Origin: Octopus vulgaris
Lineage: Eukaryota
DNA length: 64,000 bases
Direction of reading: 5' to 3'
Assembly (NCBI GenBank): GCA_951406725.2
Contig: OX597840.1
Span: 15,128,001 to 15,192,000, forward strand
Translations under genes and position numbers: made by a program
Part shown: piece by piece, positions 1-12,053 of the stretch
Layout: each line of letters starts with the position of its first letter
How positions within the stretch are numbered: the first letter of the stretch is position 1
Notes under the pieces: generated by a model
The model's input: the letters and a program-made list of their open reading frames with translations, nothing else
What the model was told of the DNA's origin: nothing
The model's database searches: none

Positions 1-155
1 CCAATCCTCCAGTCAAACCACCCAAACCATGCCAGCATGGAAAACGGACATTAAACAATGATGATGACGATGATGATGATGATTGTAAAAATCTCAAGAA
101 GAGATCAGAGTAGTAACTATACTAACAAGTAAAGTTAACCGCCACATCTAAGTGG

Positions 156-456
156 CTGTTCTATGTTACTACTAGTTTAACCCCCCAGGCAGATCTTCAG
201 TGACCGATTGTCGCTTTATTTACAATATATTGCTGGCTGGAAAGACCCTGGGTCTAGTGACCGGGTGCTCTCAATAGAGGATGAGCAAACCAGCTCAAAA
301 CTGAGTCAGCCTCGTGATCTTACTGTTTGCAAGAGGATTACAGGTGTTCACTCCCTCTGCTAGCAATATATTTTGTACATAAAGGGTGCAGCATTGCACC
401 CATAACCAGCTGGTGGAAAACCTACCTGGGGTTAAACTAGTAGTAACATAAAATAG
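156..456. repeat. Foldback / MITE-like inverted repeat
   Basis: tatgttactactagtttaacccc (162-184) is the exact reverse complement of ggggttaaactagtagtaacata (428-450). A second inner pair is tacaatatattgctggctgga / tctgctagcaatatattttgta. Confidence 0.6.
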
Positions 457-744
457 ATACTTTAAAGATTGACTTTAATTGATTTTAATAGAGATTTGGC
501 TGCTATTTGTTTGTGTTAGTGTGACTGCCCTTCCAGGCCTAGATAGAGTGCCAAGGTGAAATAAACATTTCTAAACATTACGAAGAACTGTAAATGAAAT
601 AATAAATGAGAGAGAGAGAGAAATATTAATCACTTCGTTATGTTTGCATGCAAATACAACTTTGTTATGGTTGTCCAATGATTAATGTGAATATCCGCAC
701 CAAGATATCAGCATGAAACCGCTATATCGATTGCTCTATCTGGC

Positions 745-795
745 TGACTATATATATATATAAACACTTATGTGTATGTGTATGTAATATATATG

Positions 796-838
<43 letters not shown>

Positions 839-1667
839 ATATATACGTTATGTGTATGTAATGTATGTATGTATGTATATATATACGTTATGTGTATGTA
901 ATATATGTATGTATGTATATATATACGTTATGTGTATGTAATATATATATGTATATGTATGTATGTATGTATATATATTCATGTTATGTGTATGTAATAT
1001 ATAATGTATATCATCATCATCATCATTTAACGTCCGCTGTATATATATATATACATACACATATATACATATATATATGTATGTATGTATGTATATATAT
1101 GTGTGTGTGTGTGTGTGTGTATATATATACGCGCACACAGAGACACACAGACATACACATAACATATGTATGTATGCATGCATACATATATCTATATATA
1201 TATATATACACGTGCACAGACACACACACACACCCACATATATATATGAATTTATGTAGCTACATCTATAAGTGTAGATCTATATAGGTTTATGTGCACT
1301 TATATATACATACCTGTATACATTTAGCTGTATCTATGTGTGTAAATGTATATAAGTCTACATGCATTTATACATACATATTCATATACATCTAACTATA
1401 GGTAAATGTGTACTTGCATATAGATCTATATACATCTGCAGCACATACCAATATACATTTACCTATATGTTTACAGGTGTATATACACCTATGTACACCT
1501 GTACAAACATACCTATAGATTTTACTTACATATACTTATATACATAGACTTGCTTACTTACACTTTATACATTGACTTTTATACACCTATATACATCTAT
1601 ACACATTTACCTATTATTTAGAATTATACAGATGTACCTATACACCCTGACTTATCTTAAATATACA

Positions 1668-1700
<33 letters not shown>

Positions 1701-1758
1701 TTATACATATACTCACCTTTATATATACATATAATATAACTATTTATAAGCTTCTCTT

Positions 1759-1795
<37 letters not shown>

Positions 1796-1800
1796 TTATA
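745..1800. repeat. Compound TA/TG/CA/TC microsatellite tract
   Basis: Directly visible dinucleotide runs; source of the spurious YI/CV/HT ORFs. Confidence 0.95.
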
Positions 1801-2347
1801 CACATACACACGTAGTTATAGCCATGTGAGTGGATTTGGTAGACGGTAACTGAAAGAAACCTGTTATGTATGTGTGTGTGTATGCATACTCACGTATGTG
1901 TGCATGTATGTGTGTATATATGTGTGTTGTTGGTAAAAGAAACTGATTAGATAGGTACCGGGCTTAAATATGAATATTAGGGTACGATTTGCTCAATGAC
2001 CAAAAATCATCACCGCAGTGCTCCAGCATGGCTGAAACAAGTAAAAGAACAAAAGAATATATAATATATATTTTATATCCTGACATTGGATAATAATTCA
2101 ACGAAACAGGGGTAAAGAAAGTATTCACGCAATGCACTATGATGACTGCAACACAAGGTTAAACGCTCTCTGCCAACAGCTCACAGTGAACTGCTTGCCC
2201 ATCAATTGCTTACAGTTCTTTGTTTTATGGCAATGTGGCAGTCCACTCTTTAGTCTTTTAGGGGTGGCAGGACTCCTTCCACAGCAATCAACAATACATA
2301 CACACACACACACTTGCATACACACAGACATACATACATTTATTTTT

Positions 2348-2750
2348 TCACTCTTTTATTCTTTTATTTGTTTCAGTCATTTGACTGCAGCCATTCTGGA
2401 GCACCGCATTTAGTCGAGCAAATAGACCCCAGGACTTATTCTTTGTAAGCCCAGTACTTAATCTATCGGTCTCTCTTGCCAAACTGCTATGTGATGGAGA
2501 TGTAAACACACCAGCATCGCTTGTCAAGCAATGTTGGGGGGACAAACGTAGACACACAAACATATACACACAAATACATATATATATATACGACGGGCTT
2601 CTTCCAGTTTCTGTCTACCAAATCCACTCACAAGGTTTTGGTCGGCCCGAGGCTATAGAAGATGACACTTGCCTAAGGTGCCACGCAGTGGGACTGAACC
2701 CAGAACCATGTGGTTAGTAAGCAAGCTACTTACCACACAGCCACTCCTGT
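2348..2750 (-). mobile_element. tRNA-derived CORE-type SINE (family A)
   Basis: Reverse complement of the family A consensus: head gtggctgtgtgg...ggttcagtccc, CORE-like ccttgggcaagt, internal microsatellite, tail gtgctccagcatggcc. Confidence 0.9.
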
Positions 2751-4086
2751 ACATTGACTCACATATAGATGCTGAACAATCTATCACCTAGGCTTCCAGA
2801 TAGTTTCCATGTGTCCCATTTCAATCACACAGCTTGGGTCAACATGTGGATAGAAAGAAAAACCTATTCTGCCCATGGAATCTTGCAATTGTGAAACGAA
2901 ATTCTTAACCATTTTTGGGCATGTTTGCATCCATCAATCCATTGCTCAATAATTCATCAATCAAGCCATTGATCCCCAATCAACCTATCCTTCCAGTGTA
3001 CCGTATTCCTTAATCCATCAGAGACATCTTCAAGTCGCAAGACATCGGAGGTGCCACTCTCCAGCAGATGTAACTAATTTTCAGCTGGACTAACTGAAAT
3101 GGAGTGCCTTGCCCAAGACCACAATGTAATCACTAGCCAGAGCAGGGATTGAACTGATTGTTTTATTGTAATGTGTCCAAGAGCTTGACCATGAGGCCAC
3201 ATCAATCAATTTTGAGAGACAGATAGACTGACAAACAAGACTTGTAGGCATGCAAATAAACTGGCAGACAGACAGACAGACATACCGAGCTGTCAATCAA
3301 CGAAGTCACTACCATTCTTCTCCTCCTCTCACCACTCTCCAGATCAATGAAAGATGTTTTGTATTGGTAACTCATTCCTCAGGTGGTGGTGATGGTGATG
3401 GTGATGGTGGTGGTGGTGGGAAGGTGGGGGATCCCTCTCCTGTCCTGCCTTATACCCCCTCCCCCTCATTGCATGTGGGGATTGGGCAGAGTCACTTTTT
3501 GCCCATTCCTCCCTTCTTCTCTTCCTTACACCTTCTTTCCTCCTACCACATGACTTTTCAATATTGACCTTCAAAGGTCAAATTACTAATGGACCAGTGT
3601 GTGTGTGCATGTATGTTAAAATGTGCATGTGATTCAGTGTGTGTTTGTATGTATGTGTATGTGTGTGGTGTATAAGTGTTTTTGTGTGTGTGTATGTGTG
3701 TGTCTGTATATGTATATGTAAGTTTGCGGAGAGTATGCGTGTCTTGTATGTGAGGTGTGTAAGTGTATGCATGCATTGCATGAGCAAGTAAATGTATGAA
3801 ACTGAGTGTGTGCATGTGTGTGTGTGTGTGTGTGTGTGTGTCTGTAGGTGCATGCACACACAATTGTGCATATCTGAGTGTGTTTCTGTGTGTGTGTGTA
3901 TGTATGTGAATCCATGTGTAACATGCAGATTGCATATCTGTCTATCTGCCACTCCTACTTTTTGTCTCTCCCTCTCTCCCTCCCTCTCCTTCCCACTATC
4001 TGTCTATCAATCTATCTATCCATCTTCCTGTCTCTCTCTTTCTATCTATCTATCTATCTATATATATATATATCTATTTATCTATG

Positions 4087-4119
<33 letters not shown>

Positions 4120-5015
4120 GTCTGTCTGTCTATCTATATATATATCTATTTATCTATCTATCTGTCTATTCATCTATCTATCTAGCTAGCTCTCCCTCCC
4201 TCTCTCTCTATATCTATCTATCTATCTATCTATCTCTATCTATCTAAATAACTGTGTGTATATATACCCATCCATTTAGCTATATATCCATCCATTGGTA
4301 GTGATAGTAGGAGGAAACAGTTTGGTGTGGTTGCTTTTGAACATCAACGATATGTTGTTGTTGTTCTTCTTCTTCCTTTTCTTCCTCATCGCCCACCATC
4401 AACAACAACAACAATGAGCAAAGGAAAAGAGAGAAGAGCAACAATAACCATATAATGTTTGTTTGCCAATGTTCAAAAACAACCACACCAAACTGTTTCC
4501 TCCTCCAGTTCCCTCCTGCTACCACCACCAATGGATGGATGGATAGATATATAAATAGAGGGAGAGAGAGAGGAAGGGGTGAGAGAGAGAGAGAGAGAAA
4601 GGGAGGGAGAGAGATAGGTTTGATTTTACATTTCCAACACTTTCCAAAGTTAGCCAGATATGATTGTTGGATTATGTATCCTGTTCTCATGCGTGCGCAC
4701 GTGTGTGTGTGTGTATGCACGCATGTGTTTTATCATCATCATCATCATCATCATCATAATTTAATGTCTACGTTTTCCTTGCTAGTACGAGCTCAATTGA
4801 AGCAAGATGCTATGAGTATATGAATATACAGGGGCACGTAAGTGTGTGTGTGTGTGCATGTGTGTGTGTTTATGACTGTGTTGGGTTTGTATACACACAC
4901 ACACATATATTTACCAGTGTGTTTACACATGCAGATTTACTCACAAACATGCATATATGTTTGTGTTTATCTCTTCCTGCTTTCTCTCTAGCTCTCTCAT
5001 ATTTGTATACATACA

Positions 5016-5053
<38 letters not shown>

Positions 5054-5273
5054 CTTGTGTGTATATATCTGGTTGTGTGTGTGTGTATCTGCACATGTGC
5101 GTATCTGTATATATGTGTGTATACATATATTTACACTCACACACACACACACATGCACACACGTCGTATTGCAGTTATAGATGGCTGCCTATCCGTAACT
5201 TTAATTTTCATGCCAGCACTTGATATCTTCAAAGGAATTGGGAGTAAAGAATTTTATTCAATGTCATTTATTT

Positions 5274-6030
5274 GACAGCATTGTCAATGTTTTTAGATGT
5301 AACTTTAATCCTAGAGACAAGTAGATACCAATCCTTCACTAAACTAAATTAAAAGCTCTTTATACCAATTCTAACCATCTAACCACCTTCCTCGGCAATA
5401 TTTAAAAATGTAGTTTATAATATGCGTAGAAGTGTTTCTGGTTTATCGTAAGATAAAGCAGCCTTTTCTAAATCCACCCCTCATTATGGAAATGCATTGA
5501 GGAAATTGAATTCATAAATAGATTTAAATTTACAACCATACTTTCTAAAATTTCTATTAGGAAAAAAAAGTGTCAAAATATTATCTAGTTTAAATTCAGT
5601 TTCTTGGTGAAAGTTAAATTTTATGCAGTGAAGCACTTTTTGAAATTATTATCGATAAATATTTCCCTATAGATCACAAATATCAATAGTTATTTAACTG
5701 AAAAAAAAAATGTTAAGAATAGTTTCTGTTGTACTCTTAACATTAAGAATATTTTTGTCAAAAAGTAAAATAAAATAATTTTTGGGTAAGTAACACTGAC
5801 TGTGATTGTGGAAATAAGGGATTATGTCATTTTAATGGCAGTTGCTATACCGATTCACTGATCCATTGGATAAACGGGATCTCAGTTTCCAAAAACAAGA
5901 ATCTAAGTCTACACTACACTGGCATGGTTGAGGGAGATTTTAAGACATGCTACCTTAATCATAATTCATCCCTCACTGCTCTTTCAAGTTATCTATGGAT
6001 GCTGGAAGACAAAAATTTCAACAACTTGAA
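5274..6030 (+). pseudogene. Degenerate leucine-rich-repeat receptor (Toll-like/LRR-CT) pseudogene fragment
   Basis: Manual translation across stops and frameshifts gives TKLKALYTNSNHLTT (5343-5387), then in a shifted frame SAIFKN, NALRKLNS*IDLNLQ (5491-5535) and ILSSLNSVSW*KLNFMQ (5578-5628). A further frame gives CDCGNKGLCHFNGSCYTDSLIHWING...LHYTG...KTCY (5801-5953), resembling an LRR C-terminal cap (FxCxCxxxxLxxW). Confidence 0.5.
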
Positions 6031-6504
6031 ACTAAATTGGAAAATCATGTTTGTTCATTCATTTAATTCATTTAATGTCCATTTTCTTTTCTTTTGCAAC
6101 ACACTGTTTAGTTGCTGTAATAAACTTTTAAAATAATTGAGAATTTGGAGTTAACTTTGTTGTTATCAGTTTGATATTTTGAACATAACAATGATCCTTA
6201 GCATTACATGATGTCAAAAGGTTTAAATTTGAATATAAACCCTTTAAAATGAATGATTTTTGTATCCTAGAACTATATTACGATCTTAGCATGGAGTTGT
6301 ATCCAATAGGATTAAAGATAAATCAAACTGATCTGACACAGTAAATGAAATTATAAGCTGTTGGATTATGTGCCTGATATAAAGTTCAGTTGTTAACATG
6401 GAGCTGTTCCCTCTTCATCTGTAATATTAATTCTATTTGAACTGATGGCATCAATAGGTGCCTTAAGTTGTTCTATGATATGACATTGTCAGCTATCACA
6501 TTAA

Positions 6505-6726
6505 CTTTTTCGTTAACATATTTCTGATGAAATACACTGCTTTTGCTTAAATTGAGTTTGAAAATAACGAAGAATTTAATAAAATAACTTTGTCATTCTT
6601 AAGCTGGAGTTCAGAACATAAATTGACATAAAATTTCGATGTAAAATTTTTATTTAGGTCACCTTAAAACAGGAAGTTTGTAACAAAGAAGCAAAGACAG
6701 TCAAAGGCAGACTGGTATGAAAAGAG
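6505..6726. mobile_element. piggyBac-type MITE
   Basis: Flanked by TTAA (6501-6504, 6727-6730); degenerate CCCTTT/AAAGGG-type ends; inverted homologue of 13918-14126. Confidence 0.75.
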
Positions 6727-6728
6727 TT

Positions 6729-7520
6729 AAGACATTGTGTTCTGTTGATAAGATCTGACTGTTCTGTAGATGTAATATGAGTTAAAAAGTTATATAAGAC
6801 AAGACTCTTATATGAATTTCATCAAAGGTAGATGAACATCACCTGACAAAGTTAATAAGCTGCATAATTACAGTATTGACTAAATTTAAGACATGAAGTT
6901 CAACTGATAAAATACGACTCTTCTTTATCTTGTTAACTGTAATACCGGTCTCATTAAAGATAGATAATCTTGAGCTGAGAAATTCCACTCAGTTTCTGTA
7001 ACTGTATAATGGTAATAGGCACGTCTGTTAAAGACATGATGTTCAGTTATGATAAGGTCAGACTGTTCTATAGCTATTCAAATGTAATATTCATATGAAA
7101 AGATGAAACATTTCCATCTGTGAAAGGTCATTGATTTGTCATTATGTACTCACCTGTTGTAGTGGTTCTTTTAAAGCTGGACTGAGTTGACAATATCAAT
7201 GACTTTTGTTGTTCATGACAACAATATCATGTATATCAAAGATAGATCAATTTAAAATGAAAAGGTCACTCGACAGTTTTGTTGATCAAAAGTGACATTA
7301 GTTCTACAAAAGATGAATCCATTGAAGCTGACAAAGTCTTTTGATTCTTTAAATATCCATTTGTGATATTTATTCAAACAAAGGAGACCCTCAGTACAAT
7401 TAACAAGGTTAGTGGGTCTCATTTTTATGGATTTCAGCTGAAAGAAGACCCTTCTTGCCTTTTTGACTCTCTATTGTAATACAAGACCCATTTAATGTGA
7501 ATAAGGTTAACAGACTGACT
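6729..7520. repeat. Highly degenerate ~70-bp tandem repeat
   Basis: Motif AAGAT(A)GAT.AA..T.A.CTGACAA recurs at about 6825, 6888, 6957, 7031, 7100, 7174, 7239, 7310 and 7381. Confidence 0.5.
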
Positions 7521-7687
7521 GACTTTCCTCACTGACTTCTGCAACGTTTCTCTTTTATTACTAAAGGCTTAAATTATATTAACAACACCAGATTGTTAAC
7601 TGTTTCATTTGTTATGGCAGTTCTAATGAAGATTCATCAAATTAGGGTGAAAACGTCCCTGTATTTTCTTGGCTATTTGTTAAAGAT

Positions 7688-8097
7688 AGGTGTAGGAGTA
7701 GCTGTGTGAGAAGTAGCTTGCTTACAAACCACATAGTTCCAGGTTCAGTCCTACTGCATGTCACCTTGGGCAAGTGTCTTCTTATTTCTTTATTGCCCAC
7801 AAGGGGCTAAACATAGTGGGGACAAGCAAGGACAGACAAAAGGATTAAGTCAATTACATCGACCCCAATGCAAAACTGATACTTAATTTATCGACCCTGA
7901 AAGGATGAAAGGCAAAGTCGACTTGGCAGAATTTGAACTCAGAACGTAACGGCAGATGAAATACCGCTAGCATTTCACCCAGTGTGCTAACATTTCTACC
8001 AGCTCGCCACCTTTCTAGTGTCTTCTACTATATTCTCGGGCCGACCAAAGCCTCGTAAGTGGATTTGGTAGACGGAAACTGAAAGAAGTCTGTCGTA

Positions 8098-8140
<43 letters not shown>

Positions 8141-8375
8141 GTATGTGTGTGTATATGTTTGTTTGTGTGTCTGTGTTTGTCCCCCCAACATCGCTTGACA
8201 ACTGATTCTGGTGTGTTTATATCCCCGTAACTTAGCAGTTTGGCAAAAGAAACCAATAGAATAAGTACTAAGCTTACAAAGAATAAGTCCTGGGGTTGAT
8301 TTGCTCGACTAAAGGTGGTGTTCCAGCATGGCCACAGTCAAAATGATTGAAACAATTAAAAGAGAGAAAGAGAGA
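7688..8375 (+). mobile_element. SINE family A interrupted by a family B SINE
   Basis: Head 7688-7780 resumes at ~8016; agtgtcttct is duplicated around the insert. Confidence 0.88.
7781..8012 (-). mobile_element. tRNA-derived Meta-domain-type SINE (family B)
   Basis: Reverse complement of ggcgagctggcagaa...gagttcaaattc...gcctttcatcctttcggggtcgataaattaagtaccag; the central block resembles the Meta/Sauria SINE core. Confidence 0.85.
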
Positions 8376-9071
8376 GTATATATGAAGTTGAGTTGATCAA
8401 CTCAATTTATTTCTACAAAACCTCTTTTCTGAAAGCTAAATCAAGAACAGGTATGATATCTCTCTACTTTTACTGTTACTCAACTACAGTATCAGTCCTC
8501 ATAAATAAAGATCAAGTTGAGCTGAACAAAATTTATTTCAATCAAACTGAGCAGTTCAATATGAGTTTTGAAATAAAGACAGATCAATTTTGATCAATTG
8601 ATTCTTTACTATTGCATTATAATGTTAGTTCTAATACTGATTAATCCAATTAAAGCTAAAACAATTACCAAACCAGATTAATTAGATAATCAATACATTG
8701 ATTAATGCTAATTAATCTAACCAAGTCAGTGTTAATTAATAAGGACTCAACTCCAGTATTGATTTATATTAATAAGGGATCAAGTTGAGCTGAGACAGTT
8801 TAAACAATGAGTTTATTGGCTACTCATTGACAACATCAGATTGATTGAAAAGATAAATCAAATTTGTTTGACAAACCGATCACCTACCATATCAATGATC
8901 AATATTTGTTAACTACTTGATAAAGAAGATAGCTCTGTGGAAGATACATCAAGTTATGCTGGAAAGATCACGGTATTTTCTTAGCTCTTCATGATTGATT
9001 GATTAATCTAAGCTAATTAAGTCCCTGATGAGTTCTTAGAACAATTTAAAAGCTGAATTCTATCCACCCAC

Positions 9072-9105
<34 letters not shown>

Positions 9106-10966
9106 CTCTCTATCCCTTGCTCTTTCTCATTCTTTCTCTTCTTTATTTCCCAGTGCCACAGCCTCACCCCAGTCACTCAGTTTCAACTATCACACCCATC
9201 ACTCCATCCCCTACCCTTCAAAGTCCTGTCATTATGGTTTCTGTTGTTCTTCCTCTTGGACACATTGCTTTGGAGTAAGCAGATACAACATCGATTAATG
9301 AGGACCATTACAGGGTACAAGGCAACCCAATTGATGCTGGTGCTACTAAAATGTAGCCAGTACACTCTGTAAAGTGGTCAGTAAATGACCGGAAGCAAAA
9401 GGAGTGTCAAGAGGACACTTTGAACATGTCAAAGACACAACAAACTTCGTAGTGCTGGTGCCATGATTAAATGTAGCCATTACATTTTTTATAATTGTTG
9501 GTGACAGGAAGAGCATGCATCCATAGAAAGTAAGTTGAAATGAAATATATGTGCAAGATATGGTCTTCAGAATACAAGGAGCCATCTAACCCATGCTGTA
9601 ATGGAAAAACAGACGTAAAAAGATGAAGATGACATAGAAGATGAATTTAATTTGCCTGACAAGGTCAGTCAATTTCTCGTCAGTTAATCAATTCCCGTAT
9701 CAGTTGTGTTCTATTAAGGCAAAATAGATTAAGTCGAAACGCGTGATGAGACAAGACTATACTGCACACAGATGCACACAGATGCATTTAATGCAATGAG
9801 TAATTGTTCCGTTAACAGAGGATCAAGTACGGCTGACAATACCTCGTCTACTTAAAGAAACAACCAATACTGATAATAATTGGTCTTTAACAAGTTAGTC
9901 ACAGATATCAATCTCTTTACTATGGGGAAATCGTTAATAAATAGACTCACTTCATTGAGGTGGTGGTGGCGGTTGTGGTGGTGGTCCGGTTGGCAGTCAT
10001 GGTGGTTGTAACAGTAGTAGTGGAGGTGGTGAATGTGATGGTGGTGGCGGATCAGATCTGGAGAGTTCATTCAATTTAAAGCCTGAGTAACTCTAAATTT
10101 AAGCCACTAACGATATCTACGTGCAATTATGAGTGGCTGGATGTAGATTGATTGGGATGGCAAGATGTGCATGTGTGTGTCTGTGGTATGTGTGTGTCTG
10201 TGTCTGTGTGTGTGTGTGATTGTGTGATTGTGTCTATGTGCATTGTATGCACCTGCGTCTTTATGCATGTGTGTTGGGTATATGTGTGTGTAAATATATA
10301 TAGATTTATACACGGAAATGTATCTAGCAACGCACACACAGGTAAGGACACACAAAAGCACCGGCACACACATACACATGCAGACATTCATAGACACACA
10401 CACACACACACACACAGGCTACACACACACATGTCCATAAGGATTCATCTTGTTATTCTAATGCCAAGCTGTTATTTTCTCTCTTATTAATGTGTATCTG
10501 CGTGTGCACGTGTGTGTATGCATCTGTGTGTATATGTGTGTGCATCTTTGTGTGTGTGTTTATGTGTGTGTGTGCTTCTGTGAGAGTGCACATGCATCTG
10601 TGTGTATGTGCATCTTGTATGCGTGTGTTCTTTCTTTCGTTAAGAGGTTATTGAATGATGATAATGATAATGATGATGGTGATGCTACTGAAATATATGT
10701 AAAATTCAAAAAATTAAACAAAAAAAAACAAACAAATAATATCTAACAATATGTCTGAAATATATAAATTTAAACAGATCGACAGTAATTCTCCATTTTA
10801 AAAACTAGGACGAGGAAAGCAACAAAAATGGAGTTGCTTCTCAACCACATGGTTCCGGGTTCAGTCCTACTGCACAGCACCTTGGGCAAGTGTCTTCTAC
10901 TATAAATTCAAGTCAACCAAAGCCTTGGGAGTGAATTTGATAGACAGAAACTAAAAGAAGCCTGTC

Positions 10967-11000
<34 letters not shown>

Positions 11001-11032
11001 CTATATATGTATGTATATATATTATATTATAT

Positions 11033-11430
11033 TCTTTTCTACTCTAGACACAAGGCCCAAAATTTTGTGGGAGAGGGACCAGTCAGTTAAATCAACCCCA
11101 GTATGCAACTGGTACTTAATTTATTGACCCTGAAAGGATGAAAGGCAAAGTTGACCTCGGAGGAATTTGAACTCAGAACGTAAAGACTGATGAAATACCT
11201 ATTTCTTTACTACCCACAAGGGGCTAAATGCAGAGAGGACAAACAAAGACAGACAAATGGATTAAGTCAATTATATCGATGCCAGTGTGTAACTGGTACT
11301 TATTTAATTGACCCCGAAAGGTTGAAAGGCAAAGTCGACCTTGGCGGAATTTGAACTCAGAACGTAACGGCAGACAAAATACCGCTAAGCATTTCACCCA
11401 GCATGCTCACGATCCTGCCAGCTCGCCACC
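11033..11430 (-). mobile_element. Two nested/tandem family B SINEs with different 3' tails
   Basis: Two copies of the gaaaggatgaaaggcaaagt core; tails ggccttgtgtctagagtagaaaag and agccccttgtgggtagtaaagaaat (read on the minus strand). Confidence 0.85.
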
Positions 11431-11460
11431 CTAATTATATTATTCTATATTATAATAATA

Positions 11461-11670
11461 AATGAAAGTGCATTTGCATTTAGTGATTCTGCAAAGAAAG
11501 AGGCTTGGAAATGCCATTATGAAAGACTGCTGAATGTGGAGAATGAATGGAAGAAGGAGAGTCTGCCGAAGGTTGACCCAAGTGAGGGACCAGCTACCTA
11601 AATTAACAGTACCTTGGTAGATAAAGCAATTAAGGATATGAAGATAAGGAAAGCAACTGCTGATAAAGAG
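11461..11670 (+). pseudogene. RTE-clade LINE ORF fragment (region preceding RT)
   Basis: Translates to KKEAWKCHYERLLNVENEW...EGPAT*INSTLVDKAIKDMKIRKA, typical of the W..HF..LLN / KAI..MK.GKA segment upstream of the RT domain. Confidence 0.7.
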
Positions 11671-12053
11671 TTGGCTATTGATCCAGTATTTGAATGTGTA
11701 TATATATATATATATATGCATATGTCTTGCAAACAACTTGCACATGCAAGTGCTACCAGTTAAAAGCTCCGTATACCGGAAGCTAGCAAGTGTATGGGGT
11801 CATCAGGAGAGAATGCGCGCCGTTTCGGGGCCTACCTCTCGACGGCATCAATGCACGCCGGCCCCCCTCACTGACATGAGGCCTCGCTTGCTAGATCAGC
11901 TGGTTATGAAGAACTCAATATACTTCTAGCCATCGCTCATCGTCTCTTTTTAACCAAATCTAGAGAGAAAAAATCACCTTTTATCAATTCAATAATGAAA
12001 AATTAAATTATACCATTTAAGTTTTTTTTTTATAATTTATATATATATATATA

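Noticed and set aside
6729-7520. CRISPR-like repeat-spacer periodicity
   Set aside because: Repeats are far too degenerate, the context is eukaryotic and there are no cas genes.
11812-11845. Resemblance to SRP RNA helix 8 (TAGGCCCCGAAACGG, minus strand)
   Set aside because: Lacks the conserved AGCAG and the rest of the 7SL structure.
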